Part shown: positions 38,171 through 51,642 of the stretch, piece after piece
Layout of the letters: every line of letters begins with the position of its first letter
How positions within the stretch are numbered: the stretch's first letter is position 1
DNA from: Vicugna vicugna
Taxonomy: Eukaryota
Reading direction: 5' to 3'
Assembly (NCBI GenBank): GCA_013265495.1
Contig: MU058584.1
Coordinates: forward strand, 1,462,616 to 1,526,615
Length of the DNA: 64,000 nt
Made by a program: the position numbers and the translations under genes
Notes under the pieces: model-generated
What the model was told of the DNA's origin: nothing
Database searches by the model: none
Seen by the model: only the letters and a program-made list of their open reading frames with translations

Positions 38171-38396
38171 CCTTTTATTGGGAAGGATTTTGCCATCTTC
38201 CGCTTCCTAACATGTCTTTTTTGCTATGTAGAAATCTTCTGATTTCATGGGTAGAAAGATGAAAGAGGTTCAGGGCAGGGTGACAGCTCCATGGGTTTCC
38301 TTGAAGACAGCAGGAAGAAGCGAAGAAGCTAGAAGAGAATGCACCAAAGAGGAAGATAAATTGATTTTTAAAAAAAGACAATAGGGAGGAAATAAA
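38171..38396 (+). repeat. Inverted repeat, arm 1
   Basis: Reverse complement of 40459-40683; 6 substitutions and 1 indel by manual alignment. Confidence 0.97.
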
Positions 38397-38399
38397 TAA

Positions 38400-38590
38400 T
38401 CAGATTCTGAACTTGCTCTTTATATGACCTTGGGCAAATAACCTTTCTGTGTCTCAGTTTTCTCATCTGCACAACGGAAGACCAGAGTACCTACCTGACA
38501 GCATTATTGTAAGGATTAAATGGAACAATAAAGGTGCAATTCTTAGAACAGTGCCTTATCTGTAATGTGCACTCAATAAATGTTTTTCTA
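38400..38590 (+). mobile_element. MIR, 5'-truncated at the inverted-repeat arm
   Basis: tgaccttgggcaaataacc..ctcagttttctcatctg..aggattaaatg..ctcaataaatgtt. Confidence 0.9.
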
Positions 38591-40458
38591 TTTCTCCTCC
38601 TCCTCCTCTTACTACTACCACCAGATAAAGTCTAAACTTCCTATTATGGCACAGAAATCTCAACCTCAGGGTACTATCCCCCGGGGCCTTGTATTTTCTC
38701 TCAGTCATGACTGCTTCTGAATTTTCTCTGCCTGAAACTTCCATTCTCTACTGCCCCCTTTCCTTTCTCAATGCCTCAACCAGTCTTTGATGAATGGATT
38801 AAAATACACTGTTTCTGTGACCTTCTCCAGCCAGAGCTGGTAACTCCTTCTGCTTAGCTTTCTCTACAAGATAAGGATTACTATCTAGACTTTATGGGTG
38901 AAAAAACGATGCTCAAGGTAGATAAGTGATTTCCCTAACAATCACACAGCTCAAAATAGGTAATGACGGTGAGATTCAAATGCAGCTATTTCTGGTGCTC
39001 TGAGCTTTTTCTCTCCATCTCTTATCTTCCACTTTGGAGTAATCCACAAAGAGCTACCCTGAAAAGAATGGCCTTTAATAGCTTAGGAGTCTGGTTTCAA
39101 TTAAGTCACTGGGCCAAGTGTTCTGATTTTATCTGGGGGTGGGGGGGGGAGTATGGCAGGGGTTCAGCGCGAGAATTCTGTTTCTTCATCTACAAAATGA
39201 AAGTGATGGAGTCATTTTCCTCTGTGGCCTTTCTGCCTTAATATTCTGTGTCTCTAAACCTGGAGGCAAAAATGGACCTTACTTGCGCTTTGCTTGAATT
39301 TTGGGCTGACCAACTTTTCTTTGTCATTCCTTAGTTCTCTTCCCCTCTTCTCAATTTCAAATAATGGGTTTAACAGGAATCAGACCGCTGGAGAGCTGAG
39401 GAGACACACTTCCAGAGCCAGGTCCTGTCAATAATCTCATCTAATTCCATTAGAACCATTTCCATCCCCTGCTGCTCGGATATTTATAACCTCCCTGTTC
39501 TCATAACAGCTTCAGCCTTAGGTCATTCCAAGACCACTTCACACCCTGCTGGTGTTTATCTGGCTCAAAGGATCAGTGCATAGACCTTCTTTATTCCTCC
39601 AAGTGAATTCAAACACTAGCCTTCCTGATCAGATAACAGGCAATCTGTATCTTGTCACCCTCTATTCCTGCACTCTCAATCAAGCTCCCCTCTCAGGACT
39701 CAGTGATAATATTAATTACAATCTGTAATTTAAAAGGGGCTCCTGCCTGCAGGTCTCTGTGCAAAGACAGGGTTTCTTTTTTTTTTTTTTTTAAGAAGGA
39801 AGAGCCACTTCTGGTTAAGTCACAGAGCAGAGGAGGACTTAAGTATCCCCTCCGTTGCTGGTCCAGCCAGCATCTGGAGTTATGAACATACAGACACTGC
39901 CCTGCACTGGAGAGGAATCTACACATCTAACGTTTACTGAAATGTCTGTTCAGATCACTCCGACCACAGGTAGCTTTCTCATCCTCTAAGCATGTAGAAT
40001 GTATCTATTACAGCCACTCTTCTTGCCCGTCTTCATCTTCTTAAATTACATTATAGTGGGTGCGACTGGAGCAAAAAAACCTTTGAATCAAGTCACTGCT
40101 CTGTCCTTCTGAAATTATGTGACTTTCAACCATTTGTTCAACCTCTCTGAATCTGAATCTTCATTGTTTATCACGTTTAAAATGCAGACGGCGAAAAGTC
40201 CAAGTTCTTGGGCTGTTGTGACCATGATGTTAAACCAGTGCTTTTTTTTCTCATATATTTTAAACCTTCACTGAGGTCACTGACTATATATCATGTATTG
40301 TTATTCCTTAGAGTTCAAGTGCAATGCCTTCCTGAAAGACTGAGTTAACTAAATATAGCTATTGCTCAAAAGGCTAGTTGGTGCATTGAAAACCAGTGGA
40401 CTATTCAGCCTTGCCTGTAGCTGGAACAAATCTGAGTAGAACACAAGAGAACTGACCG

Positions 40459-40683
40459 TTTATTTCCTCTCTATTTTCTTTTTTAAAAATCAATTTATCT
40501 TCCTCTTTGGTGCATTCTCTTCTAGCTTCTTCGCTTCTTCCTGCTGTCTTCAAGGAAACCCATGGAGCTGTCACCCTGCCCTGAACCTCTTGCATCTTTC
40601 TACCCATGAAATCAGAAGATTTCTACATAGCAAAGAAGACATGTGAGGAAGCAGAAGATGGCAAAATCCTTCCCAATAAAAGG
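40459..40683 (-). repeat. Inverted repeat, arm 2
   Basis: Reverse complement of 38171-38396. Confidence 0.97.
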
Positions 40684-40814
40684 GTTAATAGACAGTAGCT
40701 AGAAAAAAAAAATGTTATCTCTAAATGCAAGAAAACAAATTGTTGAAGTCTTTGAACCAAAGGGTAATCAGCGATCTTTACTTTCACATAGATTAGCTCA
40801 TTTAGTTCTCATAA

Positions 40815-41945
40815 AAATCTATGAGAAGCTTCCAGGTCCACAGGATAATGGCTGCAGCCTAAATTAGAATCCCTCCACACAGCCTCAAAAAACAAACAGA
40901 AAACACAGATGAACAAGGGGAGCAAATAAAATCACCCATATCTTGCCTTGCAATATAACATAAAGAACTTTACAAACTTTAATTTACAACTGATTGAGAA
41001 AGTAAGTGGGGAAAGCAGAGGAGAGAGGAGAATGAGGCAGAATAGAATCGGAGACTATCATTTAACCCTGACAGGTGGAGTAGTCAAAACTAAGCAAGGA
41101 AAAAAAATAGATTCTGGCTATTACATAAAGGCATTAGTATGAGGTGACAACTTGGTCATGAAAACAAGCCTTCCTAAATAACAAAAGGAACATAAAACAA
41201 AATACAAATTAAAAAAAAAAGAGAGAGGGAAAAAATGGAGATCACACAGTTCAAGTCACTTTAGAACGAAAGTATATGATGAACGTAGGAAAATAATTGA
41301 AGAAGTTGAAGTGAAATATATTATCATCAGTGAATGTAAATTAGCTTAACTCCTGGGTTGGGTTAAAAAAAAAAATTCAGATCGGCTCACAAAGCAAAAT
41401 CAACTCTCTCCAGGATTCGCCAGGTACAACTAAAACAAAGTAGTGAGGAATGCGGAAAAGCAAAGAACTGAACAAAGGCAAATGCAAAGCAAATGAAAGC
41501 AGGACTGTGATCTTGTCATCCGATAAGGTAGAATTCAGGACATAAAGAGATGAGACAAAGAAGACAACTTTGTAAAGGCAAAGCCACAACTCACAGAAAA
41601 GATACGACAGAAACTTTCTGCATATCAGCCAGCTTCCTAAAGCAGAAATGACAGGAAATGCAATGAGACAGAAGCAAACAAACATTAGGAGACTTTGGAA
41701 CATCACGCTCAGACAGAGAGGGAAGAGGGATAAAAATAAGTAAGGGTAAAGAGGGCACAAGCAACATAATAAATAAGACGGAACTATCTGCACCCTGATA
41801 ATAGAGAATAAATCTTCCTTCCTACTGCACATGGGATATTTATGAAAGTTCACCAATTGTCCATGTATTGGGTCATAAAAAGATGCAACAAATTACACAA
41901 AATAGTAATAACACAAAACATTCTCTGATTCTTATGCAAAAAACT
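40815..41945 (+). mobile_element. Old L1 fragment covering the ORF2 endonuclease region
   Basis: aagcaggactgtgatcttgtcatccgataaggtagaattc; aggagacttt; gcacatgggatatttatgaaa..gggtcataaa. Left boundary uncertain. Confidence 0.7.
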
Positions 41946-42587
41946 CAATTCAGGCAAGGAACTTTTTTTCTGGATTAGATTAGCTACTGATTATTTTTGT
42001 TTAATATTTGCAATCAAATATTTCCTTATTGATATGGCTATTTTTCTCTTTTCTACTTCATTAATTTTTGCTTTCATCTGCTCTGTGACATTTATAACAA
42101 TCTTCAGTTATCTCGTTCCTTTATTCATTTAGTTATATCTTACCTGTCTTTCCCAGGAGAATATAAATTCCAAAAGGATTGGAAAGTCTATCTTTTTCAC
42201 TGTCACATTCAACTCCTTAGTATAGGGACTGGGAAATGATTGGCTCTCAGTGAATAGTTCTGAATAAGTGAATGGTGGATGAATAAATGATAAATAAATG
42301 AAGTAAGTCTTCTGACTTCCAATTCCAGTCTCTTCCTACAACAGGTCTCTATTTTTCCTTCTCTCTGTCTAGTTTGTCTCTATTTGTGTGTGGGCCAAAC
42401 CTCACACATTATGTAGACTATACTTATGTATGAAATCCTTCCATGTAGCTATCAATGAAATCATTGTTACTGCTTTTCCTGTTGGAAGTTTAACACTGGA
42501 AAAGGTCCTTAGAATTCCTGCCTAATTCTCTTGTTTTACAGGTAAGGAAAATGACCCCTGTCATGCTGTGTAAGTTACTCAAGGTCA

Positions 42588-43131
42588 TGTTACTGAGCTC
42601 AGGTTTGCCTGCTCACTGCTCAAAAGCTAGTAATGGAGAGGCAAGTGTCAGTGGCAAGGAAAGGTGCTTTATTCAGAAAAGCCAGCAACCTGGGGAGAAG
42701 ATGGACTCATGTCCAGACACCAACTCCAAAGATTATGCTGAGCCATGACAATTTTTAAAGGGAAAAGGGGGAAACAATCTCAGATAATTATTAAGGTAGA
42801 AGGTCAGATTCTTCATCACTTTTTCGCTGTGTGAAGACCCACTGATTTCTCCTGATCTTCTTTGAGATACTATCTTGCCCATGGTCCACCTGCAAATTGC
42901 TAAGGGGGAAGCTGGGGTAGAGAGTCAGTCATTCTTTAATTACTTAATTCTTCATTCTTACTCTTTTTAATCCGGGAAAGGGATCAACAGGTTGGACAAG
43001 GTATTGTGTATATTCAGCAAAGCAAAACCCTGGAGTTAGGTTAAATGTTGCTTAGTGATCTCATCTTTATGATTAAAGCCTCAGGAAAGCAAAGATGAAC
43101 AGAGAGAAAAAGAGCAGAAAAGCTGTTCACA
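42588..43131 (-). mobile_element. ERV solo LTR (~545 bp) inserted in a MIR
   Basis: TG..CA ends and an AATAAA on the minus strand (~42668). The flanks rejoin as MIR-like aaggtca|cacag; TSD not clean. Confidence 0.7.
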
Positions 43132-44279
43132 ACCACACAGATAATTATTCCTCTGCCTGAAATTACAACCCAAATCTATGCATTTTCTTCAGTGGTCTAT
43201 TTAGTACCTTTCCCTTTTCTATATCGGTTTATTCCTTAAACCCTCAACTCCCTATCTCTTGCCAACATACAACAGGAGGAAAGGGCATGAGTGGAAAATA
43301 AAGTTCTGGTGGTGTCTTAGAATCATCAGTGCCCCAGGAGAGAGCATTTCACTGAGCTCATAAGCATCACTGTGCCTCTTAGCAGCATTTTTGCAACCAC
43401 TAGTGTGCCCTCTGAATGAGACTGGCCTCAAATGACATATGTCTTAGGAGGCTGGACGCCAAGACATCCCCAGTGTGTGCATTTCTGTAGTTTACCGTTC
43501 CCTCAGAACCATTTTGCTAACTGTGGAGATGGAAAAATTATTCCCGGAATTCCATGGCAACTGTTTCCGAATTTCCCATGTTTGTTCAAATGATAAATGT
43601 AAAACCATCATCTATTTTTAAGCTCTTTGAGCCTTATCGACTCAAAAGAACAGGAAAGCACTGTCAGGACAATTCTGTTTTATGAAAAAGTAAGGGTGGG
43701 GACTTTGCTTTTCTTTAAATAGTCTAAAAGTTTAAGGTTGTTTTTTACACAAGAATTGTGTGGTTAATTGGAGTTGAATGGCCTTGCTTTCCTTGTAAAT
43801 AAAGCCCATTTTTAAGACTGAAATGCTAAATCTTAATCATGGGACGTCCCTGAGGCAAAGATGTGTGTTGAAATATAAGTAACAGTTTAGCAAAAATCCA
43901 TACACCCCCAATGAGCAGGGGACCCATAAAGAGAACAAGGCCCTCTCTTTTGGAAGGATGTTTCCTTTGATTTTCATAAAGGCTCCATAGTTCCATTCTG
44001 CCATCCATTTCTCTCTCTCCATCTGAGCTTAGCATTCACCTATCCAAACTGCTGTATAGTATCAGTTATCCTTATGGCTTATTGCTGTTGGTTCTGAAGG
44101 ACACAAAGATGGGTAAAACTTTCTCCTTTCCATTAGGAAGCAGTTTAATAAAAGTTTGACCACCTTAAATTGTGCACAATTTGTATATACCTTTGTTTAA
44201 GACACATGGATGTGGGAAATTCGTTGAAGAAACTTCAGAGAGTATCTGAGTTTGAAAGAAGTTCAGGAATTCTATTGTC

Positions 44280-44435
44280 CACTGCTACTCAGTGTGGTGT
44301 CCCTGGACCAGGAGCATCAGTATCTCTTGTTAGAAAATAAAGAATCCTTGGCTTAACCGTATATCCACTCAACCAGAATCTGTATAATATGATCCCCAGG
44401 CAAATTCTGTAAACATTCAATGTGAAAAGTCTTGA
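44280..44435. mobile_element. MER5A fragment
   Basis: ctgctactcagtgtgg..ggaccaggagcatcag..gatccccagg. Confidence 0.7.
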
Positions 44436-44654
44436 TCAGTCCACTGATATCTTGGATTTGCTCTATAATTACAGATACAAAGGACTGTAATTCTGTGCTA
44501 AATATATATTCAAACCAGTGATCTGCTCCTATCTCCTCCTCAATACCACATGGCTTTATTCAACTTCAGGAATCCTTAGGCAAGCACAGCCTCACCTGGA
44601 TTTCAGAACGAAGGGTGAATCATTTGGAGCAATTTCTGGGTTCTTGAACATTTA

Positions 44655-44748
44655 GAAAGAAAGAAACAAAAGAAGGAGGAGAAGGAGGAGGAGGAAGAGA
44701 AGAAGAGGAAGAGGAAGGAGAAGAGGAAGAAGAGGAAGACGAAGAAAT
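44655..44748. repeat. GA-rich (GAA/GAG)n low-complexity tract
   Basis: Directly visible purine tract. Confidence 0.9.
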
Positions 44749-44842
44749 CTGCCATAATTGCCCACAATTTCATAGACTTTGTTCAACATAAGCCAAGTAT
44801 AATCTCTCCCCTATCGAGAGATATATATCCTTCTATAAAAGG

Positions 44843-45215
44843 TGGTATGGTGGGTTGTATTATTGTTCCTAATTACTCCCTTCCGCGCCTTCCTTGGTGG
44901 GGAGGGAGGGGAGGTGAGGGCAGGGAGTTTACCCCTGATGGATATCAGGCTTGACCAAATGATCTGTTTTAAGTTCAGGTTTGGCCAAGGAAATGTGTTT
45001 CGAGCCATCATTACAGAGTTCTGGGCAGCCTTCTTGCTCTTACCCGCTGCCTTGAGCAGAGAGGGGCTATTCTCATACTCCAGATTCTGGAACAAAGAAG
45101 ACCAGGAGGAGAAGCCAGCCTGCCGCCAACATGTACTGTGAGTGAGAAAGAAGCCTTTGTTGTTGTAAGCCACTGAAATCTGAGGGCTGTTTAACCTGGG
45201 GAAAGCTGAGTAACG
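44843..45215 (+). mobile_element. MLT1 LTR (MLT1H/I-like)
   Basis: gtgagtgagaaagaagcctttgttgttgtaagccactgaaatctgagggctgtt. Confidence 0.8.
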
Positions 45216-47334
45216 CACAGGGTCATCTGTGTCTTCCAGCATCAAGGATAATCTTAACCATATTTACTTGAGAAGAAAGAATGTTAAATGTAAAACAGTC
45301 TCTGTCCTGCCATCAACATTTATCATGTAGAAAAATTGTAAGAAAAACAAAATGCAAATAATCTTATTTTGAGGGTTCACAGAGAATAATAAGGCCCAAT
45401 GCCTCCACCCAACTCTGGATATCAAGGATGCTTATTTAAAATTCAGGATGCAGAGGCTGGCATGCCTGCAGTGCACCTTGGATGTCTGAACTATTGTTGA
45501 TTGGGGGGTGCTATTAAAAATGTATCAGTTATTTTAGCGCTTTTTTTTCGCCCCCCAGAATTATTATGGTTTGACATTGAACACATTTCTTCTCAATTAA
45601 ATACATCAGGATTGCCCTGGAAATGAAGTTAATTTTTTCTCACTTGGTATAGGAGCATAATCAGAATATTGACACAAAACGACATGTATTTTTAAAAGTT
45701 TAATCCGTCAATCCTTTGTTATTCTTTTAATACAAATTAAATGAGTAGCATCTGCTTTTATATTAGGTTGGAATTTCTAAGGTTTACGTTGTAAACAAGT
45801 TGATTCTTAATAAGATTCCAACTTCCAAGATTAATTTCCAGAGCTGATAGAGATAATGGCTCATATTTTTATATACTTTTATGGAATTAACGTAGTTAAA
45901 CATAAATAATAGTTGATTTCTCTCAGTAACCTTTAGTAGAGATAGGAAACCCTTTAGTAGACTTCTCATCCAGAGGAGAGCTCAGAGACTTAATATGCAC
46001 AGTGGTGTAACCACAACCACATAGCTAATGGAGGAGTTTAGACAGAACAGTACCTTGAGTTCATTCTGGGAGCCTTTCCATATACAAGAGATTTGCCAAA
46101 GCTACTACCAATTTTCTTCATGTGTTGAAACAAATTTGTAAGATTAAAAAAAATTCTGCACCACTTGGAATTTGTTGATTTGTTGTTTTTTTATTTTTCT
46201 CTCCTCCTTCCCTCCCTTGCTATCCTTGTATTTTATAATTCACATGTATCTAAAGGCTTGGGAAAAGTGAGCGTTCTTATCAAATAAGCCCCTTGAATAA
46301 TGTAATTCACTCAGAACAGAAAAGGTTCTTGGTACAGCCTGTCTCAGCTGTACTGTTCTCTCAGGTCTGGGCTTGCCTACCAGGATCCTTCCTTACCCAA
46401 AGAAATTACAAAGACCTACTTACACATCTGGAATCTATTGACTGCAGCTCACCTCATGACCTCACAAAGCCTCATTTGTAGATCCTGGCAGTTTTCATTT
46501 TTCACATGCACGTACCTTGCTTAAATACAAAGATTCCTGAGTTTTACACTTTTCAGTTAGAGAGGAATGAATGAATAAATGAATGAATGAAACCGTTGAC
46601 TTGGCGCAACCCCAGAGAGGACTGTATTTGAGTCTTTTGTTTCATATCTACAGTGTGGCTTCCAATCTTCTATTTTCTACTAGCCTCTATTAAGGGCAAG
46701 ATATTCTGACCCAGTAAGGTATTTTGTTAATTCAGTGGTGGCTGGATTGTTTATAGAGTCCTAACTCCTGCAGACTAATGGTCCTTGACTATAGTTAAGC
46801 ATACGATTTAATCAGGGTGATAATGATGTGAAATTTTTAGGATGGTGGAGATGCGTTCTCCTTTCACAAGCCTCCAGAGTGATTTCATAGCCATCGAGTG
46901 GTTGCCCTTTCTACCAGATATTTTACAAGAAATAAACTGAAGCCCAGGAAGTAAGTTTCTCTCACAGTAATAACTAGAACACAGATGCCCTGATACCTCA
47001 TTTGCCCTACTTAGCTCCCTCCTGTTCTAATTAAAAATATAGTCTTTTTAATTGAATTACTTTCCAGGTTATTCTGAATGCCTACAATGTACAAAACATG
47101 TTGTTAGGTATTACAGATGGTTCAAAGATGTGCAACACTGATTCCTTCCTTGAAGAGGCTTATCAGCAAGTTAGGTAGGCTGTACCGGGCATGGTAAAGT
47201 CAAGTCCCAGTGGCAGTCAGAATAAATGAGAGATAATTAGTGTACAAATGATGTGAGCCACGGGTGTTCAGAGGGGTAAGACTCATGAGTGATGGGACAG
47301 TCATAGCAAATTTCAAAAAAGAAAAAGTGCCTTG

Positions 47335-48355
47335 GCCCTAGTAAGAAAACTAACAACCAGATTTTTTAAATGGGTGGAAGATATGAATAGACACATCACC
47401 GAAAATATACAGATGGCAAATAAGTAAATGAAAAGCTGCTCAACATCATGTGACATTAGGGAAATGCAAATTAAAACAATGACAAGATGCTACCACACAC
47501 CTCTTACAAAGGCCAGATTGAAAACACTGAAATCACCAAATTCTGGTTGAGGATGCGGAGCAACAGGAACGCTCATTCATTGCTGACGGGAATGCAAAAT
47601 GGTACAACCACTTTGGAAGACCGTTTGGCAGTTCTTTTACAAAACTAAATGTACTCTTACCGTATGATCCAGCATACGTGCTCCTTGGTATTTACACAAC
47701 GGAGTTGGAGACGTATGTACACCCACATATGTTTATAGCAACTTTATTCATAATTGCCAAAACTTGAAGCAACCAAAGTGTTCTTCAATAGGTGGGTAGA
47801 TAAGCAAACTGTGATACAATGAAATCTTACCCAGTGCTAAAAAGAAGTGGGCTATCAAGCCATGAAAAAAACATGAAGAAACTGCAAATATATAATTCTA
47901 AGAGAAAGAAGCCAGTCTGGAAAATCTGCGTCCTGTATGATTCCAACTCTACGACGTTCTGGGAAAGGCAAAACTGCGGATGCAGAAAAAAGAGCAGTGG
48001 CTGCAAGGGATTCTGGAGGAAGGAGGGAGGGGCGAATAAGTAGAACACGGGGCACTTTGAGGCATTGAAACTGTTCACTGTGATACAGTAATGATGGACA
48101 TATAACATCATACATTTGTCAAGATCTACAGAACGTACTGCAGAGTGAGCAGTATTTTAAACTGTGGACTTTAGTTAATAATGCATCAATGTTGCTTCAT
48201 CAGTTGTAACAAATATACCACATGATAAAGATATAAGTAATAGGGGAAACTGTGTTCAGGGAGGATGGGAGAGGGGTTACGTGGAAGCTCTCTGTACTTT
48301 CTGATTGACTTTCCTGAAAAGCTAAACTTCTCCAAAAAATTAAGTCAATTACTTT
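47335..48355 (+). mobile_element. L1MC/MD-type LINE-1 3' region
   Basis: attagggaaatgcaaattaaaacaatg; ctcattcattgctg..ggaatgcaaaatggtac; tggactttagttaataa. Confidence 0.92.
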
Positions 48356-48544
48356 TTGAAAAATCATAGTTGTTTTTACAAAGTGTCTGGATAGAAAAGT
48401 TCAGGCAACGGACATAGCAGAGCACAAAACCTAAAGGAAAAAGGGTGTCCAGTGGGTCAGAGAGCGGTAAGTATCACAAGACAGGTCTGTGATCTCCTGT
48501 CTCTGTAGCCTTGAGTCTAAAGCCTCAAATTTGGCACCAGCATA

Positions 48545-48745
48545 GTTGCACATGGATCTGAGTTCTGTTGCTTAAGGACTATATGAGCTTCATTAAATCC
48601 CTAAAGCTTCCTGAACTTCTGTTTCATCAGCTACAGCATGGGGAAAATAACATATGTAAGGGTGCAGAAAGGCTCAAATGAAATAATGTGCATGAAGTTT
48701 TTCCATGAATTTGGAAGTGCTATAGAAATATGAGCTGTTGTTATC
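48545..48745 (+). mobile_element. MIR
   Basis: ttcctgaacttctgtttcatcagctacagcatggggaaaataa..tcaaatgaaataatgtg. Confidence 0.65.
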
Positions 48746-51333
48746 AAAGAAGAGAAAACTTCCCGCTGCTTTCATGGCTTTGATGGTGACCCTCTCTTGG
48801 CAACTAACTGCCGTGTGACAGAGGAGATCTGTCTCATTGGGATGGAGTCCCCTGAGTCTACACCTTACACTGTCTCACACCGGCATTTCTCCTAAACACT
48901 GTCTTTGCTGCTTATTTGAATATTTGGCCAGACTCGTGCTGACACACCGGGTTCCGGATGGAATCTGACATCCCAAGGGCAGGTTCAGTGGTATTAAGTC
49001 CGGGAAATCTGAGGTGGCTGCACACAGTGTCTGGAGAAGAGCAGATCTGAGAAAAGAGTCCTTGAACTTGCTGATTTTCTTCTGTTGACTTCCCAGTTCC
49101 TTCTCCCTGATATTAGACTCTCGATCCCAGTCTCCCCTCCAATAGTGATTTTGTGACATCTTCTGCTTGAAGTCCATATTAGAGAAAGAATCAAGGTAGA
49201 AGGCAGTTGGAGACAGCTCTGAGGACAGTTTTTACAGGTAATCTGCTCTTGTGGTTAAGGAGCATTCCATGAGGCAAAAGAGTTCAAAGCAGCCCACACT
49301 TTATCTAAAAAAAAAAAAAGTAGCATACTCATTAGATGAAAAATTAGACAGTCTACAGTCATTACAAAGGGGGAGTAGACTTACAGAGCTTTTTTGTTTT
49401 TCATAGATTATCTCATTTAATCTATGCAAACCTCTGGTGAAGTGGGCTTTATACCGAATGTCACAGATAATAAAGCAAGCTCCGGAAATCTAAGTGACCT
49501 TCACCAAGCTCAGACTCATTTCTGAAAGAGGCAAAGCTCCATCCTGCTTCTGCTGACTCTAAGCCTGATGTCACGTCTGCTATAGCCATTCTCTGTTACT
49601 TCCCTCCCCAGTGATAGACACGGTGACGTTATGGTTGAAGCAGTCACTTAAGAGCAAAATCCTAGCCAGATGAGTGGAATGAGTTTGTGCCTGTGGAATC
49701 GAGCATTCTCGATGTTTTCGATCAACACACTACAAATATTTAATGCAATCTAGTGTATACCAAACTTGCGGTAGGCACTGTCATTTTAATGACAAATAAA
49801 AGATGCTCCCTGCTATCAACAGAGTTTCAGTCTCACAGGAGAAAGAACATGTCTCCCAAGGTCACTGAAGTGTACAGATCTTAGGATCGAGGTATCCAAA
49901 GACAAGGGTAAACCAGAGAAGAACAGAAATGATCACCTATAGGGGACGGGGGAAACGGGGTTGAGGAGACAAGAATAGATTGGAGAGTTGTCTGAGTGAG
50001 ACACTCATTTCTCCTGGGAGTTGGGAAGAGTCCAAAAAAAGACTTCATAGAAGGAGTGACCTTTGAAGTGTACGCTTTGTTGTCATTTTTTATTTGTTTG
50101 TGTGTAATTTGGCTTTGTCCAAAAAGGTGAGTGAATGAATCCCTAAACTATGGTCATCATGAATTTTTTTGTCTCCAAACACAGACAGTGTGCTAGATGC
50201 ACAACCCACCTAAATGGGAGACTGAAAGAGAAGGAATAGGCATGGAAAGAAACAGTGGGGAGAGGCTGGGTCGCTTCGGTAATCAATAGTGTTTAGTGGT
50301 AATCGGTAGTGTGGCCACTGGAAACTGTGCATCTCTGAGCATTACTTGTGAATTGAGGGAGACTTAATGGGTGACTTTAAAATCATCTTCCACACTAGGA
50401 TTCTACACGGAATTGCCAATAGCCCACGACCCACGTTGTGGGTGCATTTTCTTGGGCTGTCATTTTCAAGAGTCCATCTTAATGGTTATCCTCCTTCATA
50501 ATTAGAATGTAAACCTAGATAGTGGAATTTACTAATTGTCCTTCATTGTTGTGGTCATTTAACCATAAAATATTCACAGCCTCAGTCTTGTAAACCCCTG
50601 GCCTTTCTTTCTCAAGGGAAGGGGAGAGAATTACTCAGAAGGATGACCTCTCCACTTGGGTCAACAAGAGCTGCAACTGGTTCTAAGGAGGGTGTCTGAC
50701 TGCTGTCAAACTGACCGAAGTTGTCACAGGTGAGGCCTGCTGTCACTGCATCCTGCTCAGAACCAGCCCCTTAGCTTGCTGAGTCAAGCTGTGCTGACTC
50801 CGAGTGATAGAATTTTAATGTGAGGGATGACAGAGGCCTTGGAGTTAATGTGTGCATGGAGGTGACAGTTTTGAATGTCAGCCAAACTACAAAGGCCTGT
50901 CTGAAATTAATTCTGGGGGTGGGTGGCAGAAAGTCACAGGAAGATGGAGAGAAATAGTATGATGGAGAATTGAGATTGGTTGAGTCAAATCTACTGCCAT
51001 CTGCCACAATGAAAGCATCCTTCTGCACGGACACAGAATATCTGGGCCTGGGAGGAAGTGACCTTATGAGATAATTCGCACCTAGGATACAGTTTGCCAC
51101 TTTTAGGTCTCTGTGACCCCATTTCCTTTCGTTGCAGAAATGGAGTTGCAAAAAGTAGACATAATCTCCTGATGATATGATCTAGAATTTAATCATTTAA
51201 CAGGGAAATAACTTAATTTTCTGATGATGAAAAAGCCGAACTCTATTTTATGCATCTTAATCTTCCTTTTACATCGTTACTTATTAAGAACTCTCAGAGG
51301 TTCCCCATTATCTAGAGCACAATATTCAAATCT

Positions 51334-51616
51334 CCTTTTTTTAAATTCTCATGTTTTATTGAAGTGTAATTGATTTACAATGTTAGTTTCATGCTTTCAG
51401 CAAAACGATTCAGTTATGCATATACATATATATATGTATTTTTAAGTTTCTTTTCCATTACAGCTCATTACAAGAAATGGAATATAGTTCCCTGTGCTAT
51501 ACAATAGATATTTGTTGTTTATCTATTTTATACATAGTAATATGTGTCTTTTAATCCTACACTCCTAATCTATCCGGCCCCCATCTCTTCCCCCTGGTAA
51601 CCACAGTTTGTTTTCT
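51334..51616 (-). mobile_element. L1 3' end with 16-bp TSD
   Basis: ttttattgaagtgtaattgatttacaatg..ccctggtaaccac; TSD cacaatattcaaatct (51318-51333) vs cacaacgttcaaatct (51617-51632). Confidence 0.92.
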
Positions 51617-51642
51617 CACAACGTTCAAATCTTTAATCTACC

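Larger units (their letters stand above)
37860..38860 (+). mobile_element. LINE-2 fragments interrupted by the inverted-repeat arm and a MIR
   Basis: atttcttgcctggattattataat (~38025) and gataaagtctaaacttcct (~38625) appear in L2 order and in the same orientation. Confidence 0.6.

Noticed and set aside
38171..40683. DNA transposon with long TIRs
   Set aside because: No TSD at the outer ends and no transposase remnant. The interior is ordinary old MIR/L2 and unique DNA that is continuous with the flank.
41377..41856. 159-aa hydrophobic ORF
   Set aside because: It is antisense to A-rich L1 sequence, so the hydrophobicity is compositional.
44811..45245. 144-aa and 99-aa ORFs
   Set aside because: They lie within an MLT1 LTR.
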